Assembly (NCBI GenBank): GCA_963809895.1
Contig: CAWELD010000003.1
Coordinates: 1,536,001 to 1,600,000 of the forward strand
DNA from: an uncultured Gemmatimonadales bacterium
Lineage (GTDB): Bacteria > Gemmatimonadota > Gemmatimonadetes > Longimicrobiales > Gaopeijiaceae
Direction: 5' to 3'
DNA length: 64,000 nt
Part shown: positions 39,692 to 50,671 of the stretch, piece by piece
Layout: the number at the start of each line of letters is the position of its first letter
Numbering within the stretch: position 1 is the first letter of the stretch
Translations under genes and position numbers: made by a program
Notes under the pieces: generated by a model
The model's database searches: none
The model's input: only the letters and a program-made list of their open reading frames with translations
Told to the model about the DNA's origin: nothing

Positions 39692-40701
39692 GTGCTCCCT
39701 TGTCGGTCTTCGTTGTCTTGGTCGGATGCTTCGGTTCCGGTGCCCGGCCCGTCGGCCGACTCCCCCATCCAATAGGCCGGAGAATCGGGAGGCTCGTCGG
39801 CGCGCAGTCGGGCCAGGTGCTCCCGATCACGGCGGCGGCGGACCCGGAAGAGCAGGAGCGCCATGACGGCCAACCCGGCCCAGGCCAGCGCCGAGTGCGT
39901 GAACACGTACACCCAGCCGTAGCGGCGGCGCACGAACGCCCGCCAATCCTCTTCGAACTGCGCGGAGCTCACCCCGTACACGCGCCGCAGGGCGGTCTCG
40001 AAATTCCGCTCGTCACGCCAGACGTCCAGGAAGACGCGCAGCCCTCGCTCGCCGCTGGAGTCCACAAGATACTCGACTGCGGTCGCGCCGAGGAGGTAGG
40101 CCCCTTCCGCCGACGATCGATCCCCGGGCCAGCGGAGGTCCAGGGAATCCAGCGGTGGCGTGCGCCCCAACGCCATGAGCACCCGGAGACGCCAGGCCGA
40201 CAGCCGATCCCACCCGGCGGCCCATTGGGCGTAGCCCTCGTCGAACCACCGGGGCACGCGTAGTCCGGGCAGGGCCTGATGCAACCCCACGTGGGCCCAC
40301 TCGTGCCTCAGGATCCGCCACAGCGGCTGTCCACGCGCCCGCTTCGAGGCCACGGCGGGGATCACGATCCGGTTCAGCCCGGGCAGGGCCACGGCGGCGC
40401 TCCAATCGGGGGGATGTCCGCCCGCCGCCCGGCGGAAGGTCTCCTCGTCCGACGCCAGGATGACCGTCACCCCCCGCGGAAGGTCCGGCGACAGCGCGGG
40501 CAGGGGCGTCTGCCCCTCAAGCGCCGCCAGCACGGCCTCGGCCCGGAGGGAGTCGGTCGGGTTGAAGAAGACCTGAACGCCGTTTCCCTCCAACACCCTG
40601 GAAGGCATCCAGCGGCGCTGGGCCGCCGCCGGGTCCGGCCCCGGACCACACAGGAAGAGCAGGACGGCGATCAGCGCCGCGCCAGGCCACGACCTGGACA
40701 T
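39688..40701 (-). CDS. Peptidase MA-like metallopeptidase, exported with C-terminal TM
   Basis: HEWAH plus PRWFDEG; signal peptide. Confidence 0.85.
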   Translation of the reverse strand: MSRSWPGAALIAVLLFLCGPGPDPAAAQRRWMPSRVLEGNGVQVFFNPTDSLRAEAVLAALEGQTPLPALSPDLPRGVTVILASDEETFRRAAGGHPPDWSAAVALPGLNRIVIPAVASKRARGQPLWRILRHEWAHVGLHQALPGLRVPRWFDEGYAQWAAGWDRLSAWRLRVLMALGRTPPLDSLDLRWPGDRSSAEGAYLLGATAVEYLVDSSGERGLRVFLDVWRDERNFETALRRVYGVSSAQFEEDWRAFVRRRYGWVYVFTHSALAWAGLAVMALLLFRVRRRRDREHLARLRADEPPDSPAYWMGESADGPGTGTEASDQDNEDRQGST

Positions 40702-42317
40702 CACCCCTGGGCGTCCAGCCCCGCGAGGAGTTGCCGTACCTCGGTGTTGCCCGGATTGAGCTCCAGGGCCCGCCGCCAGAGGAGCCGCGCCACGTCGTGG
40801 TCCGCGTCGGCGTGGGCGATGCTGCCCAGACGCAGGTAGACGTCGTCACCCAGCTTCGGATTGGCCTTGACCGCCTTCTCGTAGTGCACCCGTGCCCGCT
40901 CCGTCTCGCCGCGGTCGTAGGCCTGATCTCCCAGGGCTTTGTGGGCCTGGGCCGGGGCCGGATAGCGCCCGGCGGCCCGAGCGTAGAGCGCCGCCGCCGC
41001 CTTGTCCTCGCCTCGAAGCTCGAGCACGGCCCCCGTGTTCACCAGAATCGGTGCCGACTCCGGGTAGTGTCCCAACCCTTCCCTGCCCACCGCTACGGCG
41101 TACTCGTGCTGCCCGGCCATCCCGGCCGCGAGTACCGTGTATGCGTAGTAGAGCGGAGACGGCTTCCGGACCGACGGGGAGGTGCGGTGGAGCCGCAGGG
41201 CTTCCAGGGCCCGAACGACATCGCCCATGCGCAGCAGGATCACGCCACGGGCCAGCGCGACGTCGGGATCGCCGGGCCTGGACTCCAGGGCCCGATCCAG
41301 CACGGTCAGCGCCTCCTCGTAACGCCCGAGCATCTCCAACGCCAGGGCGCGGTTGCGGAGGACGCCGTGGAACGCCCCGCCGTCTTCCGGAATCGCCTCG
41401 AACCTGTCCAGCGCCTCCTGGTAGCGCCGCGACCTGAAGGCGATGAGCCCCAGCCGGTGGAGTGCCCTGGAATGCCGGGGCTCGCGTTCCAGTACCGCTT
41501 CGAACTCGCGGGCGGCGTCCTCCAGCATTCCGGACCGGTAGAACGCCGTGCCGAGCGCCAGATGCTGACCCAGATCGGCATCCTCGGGCGCGACGGTGGC
41601 GACTCCGCTGCCTGAGCGTTCGAGGAACCCCGCCTGGATGAGCCCGAAGAGCGCCTTGCCCACGTCGAACTCGACGAGCCCCGACTCGGCCACCAGTGCT
41701 TCCACCGTGCGCTCGCCGTCGATGAGCGGCAGCAGACGGTGCTGGGCGTCGGTGAGCTCCACATCGGGGTCCTCGGCCGGATCCTTCACGAGCGAGAACA
41801 CGAGGTCGAAGGAGGGGATCTTCTTCTCGATGAGGCTCCACTCGTCCACCCGGCGCGCACCCTCGAGCAGCAGGTTCTCCGCCGGGAGATTCACCAGGAA
41901 CAGGTCGCCTTCGTCGGGGGTCTGGTCGGCGTCGAAATGGAAGGAGCCCTGCGTCCAGGTGAAGAGGTGGTAGACGGCCTCCTCGATCTGGATGCGGATG
42001 AAGCGATTGAGGACGTCCTCTTCGAGCATCCCCGAGTGCACGAGGATCTCGCCGAGCCGGCGGCCCCGTTGCTGCGACTGCGCCTCCATGGCCTCTGCGA
42101 GCTGCTGGCGGTCGATGGCGCCGTTGCGCACCAGGAGCTCGCCGAGCCGGTCCGGTCGGTTCAGCACGGAGGCGAAGATCACACGGCCCTGGCGGAAGTA
42201 GACGTACCCGAAGTTCGAACGGTCGGTGACGGTGAGGCAGCCGGTCTTCCGCCCCATGGCCAGGAGCTGGAAGATGTCCGGCAGGCTCACGTCCTGGAGG
42301 GCGCCCTCGATGGCCAT
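40701..42317 (-). CDS. DUF4388 domain plus TPR protein
   Basis: MAIEGALQDVSLPDIFQLL..RKTGCL, RLGELLV, W.QGSFHF; C-terminal TPRs. Confidence 0.85.
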   Translation of the reverse strand: MAIEGALQDVSLPDIFQLLAMGRKTGCLTVTDRSNFGYVYFRQGRVIFASVLNRPDRLGELLVRNGAIDRQQLAEAMEAQSQQRGRRLGEILVHSGMLEEDVLNRFIRIQIEEAVYHLFTWTQGSFHFDADQTPDEGDLFLVNLPAENLLLEGARRVDEWSLIEKKIPSFDLVFSLVKDPAEDPDVELTDAQHRLLPLIDGERTVEALVAESGLVEFDVGKALFGLIQAGFLERSGSGVATVAPEDADLGQHLALGTAFYRSGMLEDAAREFEAVLEREPRHSRALHRLGLIAFRSRRYQEALDRFEAIPEDGGAFHGVLRNRALALEMLGRYEEALTVLDRALESRPGDPDVALARGVILLRMGDVVRALEALRLHRTSPSVRKPSPLYYAYTVLAAGMAGQHEYAVAVGREGLGHYPESAPILVNTGAVLELRGEDKAAAALYARAAGRYPAPAQAHKALGDQAYDRGETERARVHYEKAVKANPKLGDDVYLRLGSIAHADADHDVARLLWRRALELNPGNTEVRQLLAGLDAQG

Positions 42318-44203
42318 CAGTCGAGCTCCTCCACCAGGCGCTCCTCGAGCTGCGGCCAATCCCAGATGACCCGCTCACGAGACGGCCGCCACGCTTGCTC
42401 GCCCTGAGACGGGTCCGCCGGGGCAGCCGGAGGCGGCAGCGGTGCCGGGCTCTCCACCGCGGCCGGCGGCTGGGCCGCGACCGTCTCGTCAGGAAGGGTC
42501 TCCGACGCGGCCGTTTCGTCCCGCGCACCCTCCAGCGTGATGCCGTGCCACACGGTGCCCGCCTCACCCGCGCCCTGCGCGACGAACTCCACCTGATCGG
42601 CGCCCTCGGGCAGATCGCGAGCCGGCGCTTCCAGGACCAGCCCACCCTCGAAGCGTGAGCGCAGGCGGTCGTCGATGTGGGTGATGCGAGCCGGCGGGCG
42701 GTCGGCGACCAGCATCACCCGCGAGCCCCGACGCTTGAGCGCTTCGAAGAGGTGGAAGAACTCGTCCTGGGCCCGCTCGGTGTCGGCCAGGTCCTCCACG
42801 CCGTGAACCAGCAGCAGATCGAGTGTCCACCAGCGCTCGCGCCACGCCCCGGCCACACCCTCGGACAGCGCCCGGATGAAGTCCTGAGCGAAATCCGCCA
42901 CCGAGGTCACCGCCATGCGGGACTGGGCGTTCCGCTGACGGAAGACGCGCCCCGTCGCCGCCAGCACCGCCCGAGCGTTGCCCGGGGGGTTGCTCCACAG
43001 GAAGAGCGGATTGTACTTGGGCCGCTCGCCGGTGGCGAGCTGCTCCGCGGCGCGCGCGGGAAGCTGGGGAAAGTGGGGCGCCAACGCCTCCAGATCCGGG
43101 CCCTGGGCGAGCTCGGGAAAGGGCCGCACGCGCTCGCGCACGGACGCCAGCAGCGCCTCGGCCTCCTCCAGGCGATCCGGGTCGCGCACAAGCATGCTGG
43201 CCGCTTCGGGCCACGGGTTGCCGAGCCCCTCGAGCTCGGCGTCGATCTCCCGCAGCCGGTCCACGTCCTTCTGGAAGCGGGCGAGGCGCTCGTTCCACTC
43301 CCGGGGCGGATGGCGGTCCTCGAGGAGCGACCGCAGCCGGCTGGCGTCGAAGCCGTCGGCCTCGGCCGCCTCGGCCCCCTCGCGGAGCGCTTTCCGCCAG
43401 GTCTCTTCACCCGCACCGACGTTCATGACGCCGGAGATCTCGGAGAGGAGGTCCTTCAGGGGATCGGGAATCCCGTCACCGCGCTGGGCCGGCTCACCCA
43501 GCAGCTCGGCCAGATCGTCGACCTCCACCGGCCGCCCTTCGAGCTCCTGGACCGCCAGCACCCGGTTCAGCCCGCCGCCGAGCTCGCGCACGTTGCGGAA
43601 CGGACGGCGCGCCAGCGCTTCGGCCACCCCTCGCTGGAGACTCTGGCCACGCTCCTCGGCCTTGCGACGCACGATGGCCACGCGGGTCTCGAACTCGGGG
43701 GGAGCGATGTCGACGATGAGTCCGCCGGCGAAGCGTGACAGGAGGCGCTCGTCCAGGGCGTCGATCTCCGCCGGCGGACGGTCGCTGGCCAGTACGATCT
43801 GGCGGCTGGCGGTGGTCAGCCCGTCCAGCGTTCTCAGCACCATCTCCTGGGCTTCGGGCTGGCCCGCCAGGAACTGGACGTCGTCCAGCAGCAGCACGTC
43901 GAGCTCCAGGTAGCGTTCCCGCAGCGGGTCTCGCTCGCCTGCCGCCAGCGCCTCGGCCATCTCCTCCAGGAACTCCTCCATGGTGCGATAGAGCACCTGC
44001 GGCGCCTCGTCGCGCTTCCTGGCCTGGTGGGCCATGGCCATGAGGATGTGGGACTTGCCGAGCCCCGATGCCGCGTACAGGAAGAGCGGATTGTAACTGG
44101 CGCCCGGCGCTTCGGCGGCGCGACGGGCCGCAGCCGACGCCAGTCGGTTGGCCGGTCCCACGACGAAGTTCTCGAAGGTCAGCTTCGGATCCAGGTCCGT
44201 CAT
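42317..44203 (-). CDS. DnaA/Hda-like protein with tandem AAA+ domains
   Basis: TFENFVVGPAN, YNPLFLY.ASGLGKSH, LLLDDVQF, RLLSRF; second copy YNPLFLW..RLRSRFEGGL. Confidence 0.85.
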   Translation of the reverse strand: MTDLDPKLTFENFVVGPANRLASAAARRAAEAPGASYNPLFLYAASGLGKSHILMAMAHQARKRDEAPQVLYRTMEEFLEEMAEALAAGERDPLRERYLELDVLLLDDVQFLAGQPEAQEMVLRTLDGLTTASRQIVLASDRPPAEIDALDERLLSRFAGGLIVDIAPPEFETRVAIVRRKAEERGQSLQRGVAEALARRPFRNVRELGGGLNRVLAVQELEGRPVEVDDLAELLGEPAQRGDGIPDPLKDLLSEISGVMNVGAGEETWRKALREGAEAAEADGFDASRLRSLLEDRHPPREWNERLARFQKDVDRLREIDAELEGLGNPWPEAASMLVRDPDRLEEAEALLASVRERVRPFPELAQGPDLEALAPHFPQLPARAAEQLATGERPKYNPLFLWSNPPGNARAVLAATGRVFRQRNAQSRMAVTSVADFAQDFIRALSEGVAGAWRERWWTLDLLLVHGVEDLADTERAQDEFFHLFEALKRRGSRVMLVADRPPARITHIDDRLRSRFEGGLVLEAPARDLPEGADQVEFVAQGAGEAGTVWHGITLEGARDETAASETLPDETVAAQPPAAVESPAPLPPPAAPADPSQGEQAWRPSRERVIWDWPQLEERLVEELD

Positions 44204-44306
44204 CAGCGCATCCCGCGGAGGCGCCGAAGCGCCGGAGAGGTCCCAGTACTTCGTAAGATCGGGCGCGCCCCAGGGGAAAAAAAGGGCCGAGTGGGGCGGA
44301 TCGGGC

Positions 44307-45287
44307 TCACGACGCTCCCCCGCCCCGTGACTCCCGCGCCCAGCGGGCCACATCGGCCAGGTCGTCGGGCAGCGCCGCCCGGAAGTGCATGCGCTCGCCA
44401 CTCACCGGGTGGTCGAACACCAGCTCCGCCGCGTGCAGGAACTGTCGGGGCGTGCGGCGCGCCAGCTCCCGCGCCCACCCCTGGGCGGGCCCGCTCATGC
44501 CCCGCTCCCATCCCGGCCCGTAGACCTCGTCGCCCACCACCGGGTGACCCCGATGCGCCAGGTGCACACGGATCTGGTGCGTGCGCCCGGTCTGGAGCGC
44601 CACGTCGAGCAGCTCGGCGGCGAGCCACCGCTCCCGCACGCGTACCCGCGTCAGCGCCCGGCGTCCGCCCTCTCGCACCACCGCCATGCGCTTGCGGTTC
44701 CCGGGATCGCGCCCGACAGGCGCGTCGATGGTCAGGGGGGACTCGTCCAGGTGTCCCCAGGACGCGGCCCGGTAGAGCCGCTTCACGTGCCGTTTCTTGA
44801 GCGCCGCTGCCAGTCCCTGATGGGCCTGGTCGGTCTTGGCCACCACCAGCAGCCCCGAGGTGTCCCGGTCCAGCCGGTGGACGATGCCGGGACGGAGCCG
44901 CCCTCCCACGCCCGAGAGGCCGTCCAGGTGATGCAGGAGCGCGTTCACCATGGTGCCGTCGCGGTGGCCGGGCGCCGGATGCACCACCATGCCCGCGGGC
45001 TTGTTCACCACGGCCAGCCATTGGTCTTCGAAAACGATCTCCAGCGGGATGTCCTGCGCCTCCATGCCCACGGGCGCCGCCGGCGGCACCTCCACCTCCA
45101 CCTCCCAACCGGCCACCACCGGCTCCGACTTGCGCAGGCGGTCGGCGCCCGGCGCCCCGTCGCCGTGCACCCGGATACAGCCGTCTTCCAGGAGCTTCTG
45201 GATCCGGGTCCGCGACAGCTCGAGCCGCTCCGACAGGAAACGGTCGAGGCGCTCTCCCTCGTCGCCGGGCTCTACGCGCACCCGCAC
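44307..45287 (-). CDS. rluD: RluA/RluD family pseudouridine synthase
   Basis: S4 domain RLDRFL, NKPAGMVVHP, HRLDRDTSG, TGRTHQIRVH. Confidence 0.92.
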   Translation of the reverse strand: MRVRVEPGDEGERLDRFLSERLELSRTRIQKLLEDGCIRVHGDGAPGADRLRKSEPVVAGWEVEVEVPPAAPVGMEAQDIPLEIVFEDQWLAVVNKPAGMVVHPAPGHRDGTMVNALLHHLDGLSGVGGRLRPGIVHRLDRDTSGLLVVAKTDQAHQGLAAALKKRHVKRLYRAASWGHLDESPLTIDAPVGRDPGNRKRMAVVREGGRRALTRVRVRERWLAAELLDVALQTGRTHQIRVHLAHRGHPVVGDEVYGPGWERGMSGPAQGWARELARRTPRQFLHAAELVFDHPVSGERMHFRAALPDDLADVARWARESRGGGAS

Positions 45288-45297
45288 CAGGGACCCC

Positions 45298-48200
45298 TCA
45301 GCCGGCGTGACGGCGCAGCCCCACGGCGGCGGGGACCCCGTCCAGATCCGTCTCCCGCCAGGCCTCCCATCCTTCGGGATCACCTTCCGGAGCCACGGCC
45401 ATCTCCTGCGCCAGCGTCTCTCCGCTGACGAATCCCCGCCAGCCCTCCGCCGCCTCGCGCACGGTCTCGGGCCCGAACACGCCCAGCTCGATGCGGTCCG
45501 TGATCTCCAGCCCCGCGTCCTTGCGGAGGCGCTGGATCCGGTTCACCAGCTCCCGCGCCAACCCCTCCCGGCGCAGCTCGTCGTCGAGGGCCGGATCCAG
45601 GGCCACGGTGTGTCCTCCCTCGCTCTTCACCACCAGGTCGCCGCGGGCCTCCTCCACCACCTCCAGGTCGTCGGGCTCGAGGGCGTGATCCGAGCCGTCC
45701 ACCGAGATGTGCACCGGCTGGCCGGCCCTGAAGGCCGTCAGCGACGCCTCGCTCAGCGCCCGGATGGCTTCGGCGGCCTCGTTGGTGGCCTTGCCGAAGC
45801 GGGGTCCCAGATTGCGGAAGTTCGGACGCGCCGCCAGGCGCACGAGCCGCTCCGCCGAGGCGAGGAAGGCCACCTCCTTCACGTTGAGCTCGTCCTGCAC
45901 CAGCGCCAGCACCTCGGGGCGCAGCTCACCGGCGCCCGGGACCACGGCGTGCAGCGTGCGCAGCGGCTGCCGGACCCGGATCTGCACTTCCTCGCGGGCG
46001 GCGCGACCCAGCGACACCAGGATGCGCGCCGACGCCATCTCGCTGTCCAGCGCCGTGTCGGCCAGTCCCACCGGACTCGGGTAGGCGGCCAGGTGGGCGC
46101 TGTCGCCGGTGAGGGCACGGTAGAGCCAGTCCGAGACGAAGGGCGTCACCGGCGCCGCCAGCAGAGCCACCGTGCCCAGCACGTCCGAGAGCGTCCGGAA
46201 GGCCGCCCGGGCGTCGGCGGCGTCGGTGTTGCCCCAGAACCGGCCGCGGCTCCGGCGCACGTACCAGTTGGACAGGTCGTCGACGAAGTCCCCCAGTAGC
46301 CGGAAGGCGCGGGTGATCTGATAGCCGTCCAGCTCGCGCCCCATGTCGTCCACCAACGCGTCCAGGCGCGACAGGATCCAGCGGTCCAGCACGTTGCGCT
46401 CGCCCACGGGGGGATCGGCCTCCGACGCCCTCCAACCCTCGGTCCCGGCATAGAGCTGGAAGAAGCGGTAGGTGTTGGCGAGGGTGTCGAAGAACTTGCG
46501 GGTGGCCTCCTGCACGCCCTCGGGATCGAAGCGCTTGGGCACCCAGGGGTTGGACACGGTGAGGAAGTACCAGCGCAACGCGTCCACCCCGTGATCGGCG
46601 ATGGCGTCCCAGGGATCGACGGTATTGCCCCGGGACTTGGACATCTTCTGTCCTTCGGCGTCCAGGATCAGGTCGTTGACCACGACGTTCCGGTACGCCG
46701 GGCCCCGCCCCAGCATGGTGGCGATGGCCATGAGGGAGTAGAACCAGCCGCGGGTCTGGTCCAGGCCCTCGCAGATGAAGTCGGCCGGGAAGTGCGCCTC
46801 GAACTCACCCTCGTTCTCGAAGGGGTAGTGCCACTGGGCGTAGGGCATGGCACCGGAGTCGAACCAGACGTCGAGCACCCCCGGCGTGCGCCGCATGGTG
46901 CCGCCGCAGTCGCAGGTCCAGGTCAGGTCGTCGATGGTCGGCCGATGCGGGTCGAAGTCCTCGCCCAGGGGGCCCGCCAGCTCCGCGAGCTCGGCGAAGG
47001 AGCCCACCCAGCGCACGTGCTCCTCGTCGGCGTCACAGACCCAGGCCGGGAGCGGCGTGCCCCAGAAGCGGTCCCGGGACAGAGCCCAGTCCACGTTGCC
47101 CTTCAGCCACTCTCCGAAGCGCTTCTCGCCGACCTCGGGCGGATACCACGACACCTGGTCGTTGTTGGCCAGCATGTCGTCCTTGAGCGTGGACGTGCCG
47201 GCGAACCAGGAGTCGCGCGCCAGGTAGATGAGCGGCGAACGACAGCGCCAGCAGTGCGGATAGCTGTGGATGGCCGTGCCCGCGCGGAAGAGGTTGCCGG
47301 CCTCGCGCAGCGCCTCCACCACCTCGGGATCGGCGTCCTTCACGAACATCCCCCCGATCCTGGGGATGTCGGCGTCGAAGTGGGCCCCGTCGTCGATGGG
47401 CCGGAGCATGGGAAGCCCGTGGCGCTGGCCCGCGGCGTAGTCGTCGCTGCCGAAGGCCGGCGCCATGTGCACGACCCCGGTGCCGTCGTCGGCGGAGACG
47501 AAATCCTCACCCACCACGGTCCAGGCATTGGCGGGGTCGGCGGGCGCGGGCACCAGATCCAGAGGCCGAACGTAGCGGAGCCCCACCAGCTCGGACCCGC
47601 GATGCTCGGCGAGCGACTTCGGCATCCTCGCCCAGCACGGCCTCGAGCCGCTCCCGGGCCAGGATCAGGCGCGTGCCCTCGTGGAGCACCTCGACGTACG
47701 ACAGCTCGGGATGCACGGCCAGGCCGCTGTTGGACGGCACCGTCCAGGGCGTGGTGGTCCACACCAGGAAGGCGCGGCCGTCGGGCTCGCCGTCCTCGCC
47801 CAGCACCGGGCACAGGAAGAAGAGCGAGGGATCCTCCACGTCTTCATAGCCCTGCGCCACCTCGTGCGACGACAAGGCGGTGCCGCAACGGGGGCAGTAC
47901 GGCACGCTCTTGTAGCCCCGGTACAGCAAGCCACGGTCGGCGAGCTGGCGAAGGATCCACCACACCGACTCGATGTAGTCGTTGTGGAAGGTCACGTAGG
48001 GCCGCGAGTAGTCGAGCCAGTAGCCGATGCGCTCCGACAGGCTCTCCCACTCTTCCTTGTAGGTGAACACCGAATCACGGCACACCTCGTTGAAGCGGGC
48101 GATGCCCAGGGCCTCGATGTCGGGCTTGCCGCTGATGCCGAGCTTCTTCTCGGCTTCGATCTCCACGGGCAGACCGTGGGTGTCCCACCCGGCGATGCGG

Positions 48201-48451
48201 GTCACCTGGCGACCCAGCATGGTCCGGTGCCGGCACACCAGGTCCTTGATGGTGCGGGAGATGATGTGGTGGAGGCCCGGGCGCCCGTTGGCCGTGGGCG
48301 GCCCCTCGTAGAAGACGAACGGCTCGCCACCGGCGGTGTGCTCCTGCACGCGGCGGAAGAGGTCCTCCTCCCGCCACTGCCCGAGCACTTCCTCTTCCAG
48401 CGCCTGCAGAGACTCGGGGAACCCCGGGAACCCCTCGCGGTCAGTCGTCAC
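45298..48451 (-). CDS. ileS: Isoleucine--tRNA ligase (single-base frameshift near 47614, probably an assembly error)
   Basis: EGPPTANG, GWDTHGLP, WTTTPWT, KMSKS; deleting one base joins EDAEV to LAEHRG. Confidence 0.93.
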
Positions 48452-49112
48452 CGCCACGCTCCTCGTCCTCGTTGAGCTCGAGCCATCGGTCCGGATCGTC
48501 TGCCGGCGCGGCCTCGTCTTCACCGGTGCCGGCCAGGGCGTGCACGTCGGCATCGGCCGGCGGGAGCGCCTCGCCGCCCCCTTCTTCGGCCTTCCGCTTG
48601 CGGCGGGCCTCGGCACCCAGGTCCAGCTCCACCTCCTTCTTGTCCTCCAGGGGAGAGCGTCCCTCCTCCACCGCCAGGGCATCCAGCTCCCGCTCCAGCA
48701 GCTGCCGGAACGCGCCCAGGAACCGGCTCCGCCGCCGTTCCAGATCCTGGATGGACCCACGGCGCTCCTCCACCTCGCGGTCGGCCTCGGAGAGGATGCG
48801 CCGACCTTCGGTCTGGGCTTCCTTCAGGAGCAGGTCGGCCTCACGCTGGGCCTGCGCCTTGATCTCACCGCGAAGCTCCTGGGCGGTCACCAGCGCCTCG
48901 TTCACGGCGCGCTCGCGCTCGCTCAGCGCCTTGACCTGCTCCTGCAGCCGGTCGCTCCGCTCCCGGAGGGTGAGGTTCTCCTTCACCAGCTCCTCGAGCC
49001 GCTCCGCCACCAGCTCCAGGAAGGTGTCCACCTCCGAGGGATCGTATCCGCGCATGAGCTTGCGGAAATCGCCCCGCTTCTTGCGGACATCCAGGGGAGT
49101 CAGATCGATCAT
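48441..49112 (-). CDS. divIVA: DivIVA domain protein
   Basis: LTPLDVRKK..F...RGYDPSEVDTFL followed by coiled coil. Confidence 0.9.
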   Translation of the reverse strand: MIDLTPLDVRKKRGDFRKLMRGYDPSEVDTFLELVAERLEELVKENLTLRERSDRLQEQVKALSERERAVNEALVTAQELRGEIKAQAQREADLLLKEAQTEGRRILSEADREVEERRGSIQDLERRRSRFLGAFRQLLERELDALAVEEGRSPLEDKKEVELDLGAEARRKRKAEEGGGEALPPADADVHALAGTGEDEAAPADDPDRWLELNEDEERGGDD

Positions 49113-49162
49113 CAGGTCATCCTCGCTCGAAGGGTCCCGGAGGGCGGGACCCGGCCCGGACC

Positions 49163-49870
49163 TCAGTCGTCGACAGGGCGCTCACCGAAGAGCGCGGTGC
49201 CGATGCGCACCATGGTGCTTCCTTCCTCGACGGCGAAGCGCAGGTCGTTGGTCATGCCCATGGAGAGCTCCCCGCCCACCCGGGGCTCGTGCCTGCGCAC
49301 GTCCTGCAACGTCTCCCGCAGGCGCCGGAACGTCGTCCGGAGCACCGTCTCGTCGTCCACGAACGGAGCCATGGTCATCAGGCCCCGTACCTGCAATCTC
49401 GGCAACGCCACCATCTCCAGCACCCCGTCCACGGCGCGCGCCGTCGAGAAGCCGCTCTTGGCGTCCTCGCCCGACGTGTTCACCTGCACCAGCACCTCCA
49501 CGGTCCTCTCGGCCTCGTCAGCCACCCGATCGAGGCGTTCGGCGAGCCTCAGGCTGTCCACGGAGTGGATCAGGTCCGCCGCAGCGAGGGCCCGAGGAGC
49601 CTTGCGCCGCTGCAGGTGCCCGATCATGTGCCATCGGATGCCCTCGCGACCCACCTCGGCCACCTTGGTCTCCAGCTCGCCGACCCGATTCTCACCGAGA
49701 TCGTGGAGCCCGGCCCCCAGCGCCGCACGGACGGCCTGGACGGGGTGGCCCTTGGTCACCGCCACCAGCCGCACCGAGCCCGCCTCCCGCCCCGCGGCCG
49801 CCTCCGCGGTGGCGATGGCCTCCCGAACGCGGGGCAGTGTTTCGCGGAGCAGGCTGGGATAGTCCGTCAT
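49163..49870 (-). CDS. yggS: PLP homeostasis protein YggS
   Basis: LVAVTK, GENRV, WHMIGHLQ, LSMGMTND, VRIGTALFG. Confidence 0.95.
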   Translation of the reverse strand: MTDYPSLLRETLPRVREAIATAEAAAGREAGSVRLVAVTKGHPVQAVRAALGAGLHDLGENRVGELETKVAEVGREGIRWHMIGHLQRRKAPRALAAADLIHSVDSLRLAERLDRVADEAERTVEVLVQVNTSGEDAKSGFSTARAVDGVLEMVALPRLQVRGLMTMAPFVDDETVLRTTFRRLRETLQDVRRHEPRVGGELSMGMTNDLRFAVEEGSTMVRIGTALFGERPVDD

Positions 49871-49917
49871 GGCCACAGGTGGAGGGTCGGGCACGTCGGG
49901 GCAAGCAACAAACATAC

Positions 49918-49955
49918 GAAGAGGCCCCGCCGGAGCGAACCGGCGGGGCCTCTTC
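49918..49955 (-). terminator. Rho-independent terminator after tonB
   Basis: Perfect 16-bp stem GAAGAGGCCCCGCCGG/CCGGCGGGGCCTCTTC followed by a T-rich tail on the minus strand. Confidence 0.8.
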
Positions 49956-49981
49956 AACCCTTCGCGACCGGGCGCGCCCCG

Positions 49982-50671
49982 TTACCGAACCTGGAAGGTA
50001 ATGGGGAACGTCACCCACACCGGAACCTTCTTGTCCCGGTTCAGGGCCGCAGTGAACTGCATGATGTCCGCGACCTTGAGCGCCGCCTCGTCGAGCTGCG
50101 TGTGTCCGCTGCTCTCCGAGATCCGCGTGTCCTTCACGCGGCCGTTCTCGTCGATGAAGAACCAGACCTTCACCGTGCCGCCGATACCGGCGTCACGAAG
50201 CAGAGGAGGATACTCCCGCGACAACGCCTCCTGGACCTGGGACCGGTTGGTGATCTCCGGGCCCACGGTGTAGGGCGTGAAGGTGGGCGCCGCCCCGATG
50301 TCCGACTCGCCCGTGTTGCTGGGCGGCGGCGGCAGGTCGTCCACCGGATTGTCCTCGAACGTGGTCGACGAAATCGTGATGTCCTCCGCCACGTTGGCCT
50401 CGGCGATCACCGGCGTCGCAGGCCGGGAGATCTGCGCAGGCGGCGGCGGGATCTCGATCTCCGGCGGGAGATCGATGGCCTCGATCTCGTCGGCGGCGTA
50501 CGACACGTCTTCGGCGGTCATGTCGGGCCAGAACTGGAACACCACGAAGTGCACCAGGATGGCCGCGATCATCGACCCCCAGAACCAGTTGTCCCAACTC
50601 CGCTTCAGGCGATCGTTGGCCGTCTCGCCGCTGAAACCGGAGGAGGAGGGTACGGCCTGAGCTGCTGTCAT
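49982..50671 (-). CDS. tonB: Energy transducer TonB
   Basis: TM helix with His, Pro-rich linker, YPP..GIGGTV..SSG..LDEAA. Confidence 0.92.
   Translation of the reverse strand: MTAAQAVPSSSGFSGETANDRLKRSWDNWFWGSMIAAILVHFVVFQFWPDMTAEDVSYAADEIEAIDLPPEIEIPPPPAQISRPATPVIAEANVAEDITISSTTFEDNPVDDLPPPPSNTGESDIGAAPTFTPYTVGPEITNRSQVQEALSREYPPLLRDAGIGGTVKVWFFIDENGRVKDTRISESSGHTQLDEAALKVADIMQFTAALNRDKKVPVWVTFPITFQVR

Noticed and set aside
42317..44203. Canonical dnaA / oriC
   Set aside because: Domains I and IV are not evident, and there is no dnaN neighbour, AT-rich region or DnaA-box cluster.
47600..47625. Programmed frameshift in ileS
   Set aside because: There is no slippery sequence, and similar isolated indels elsewhere point to assembly error.
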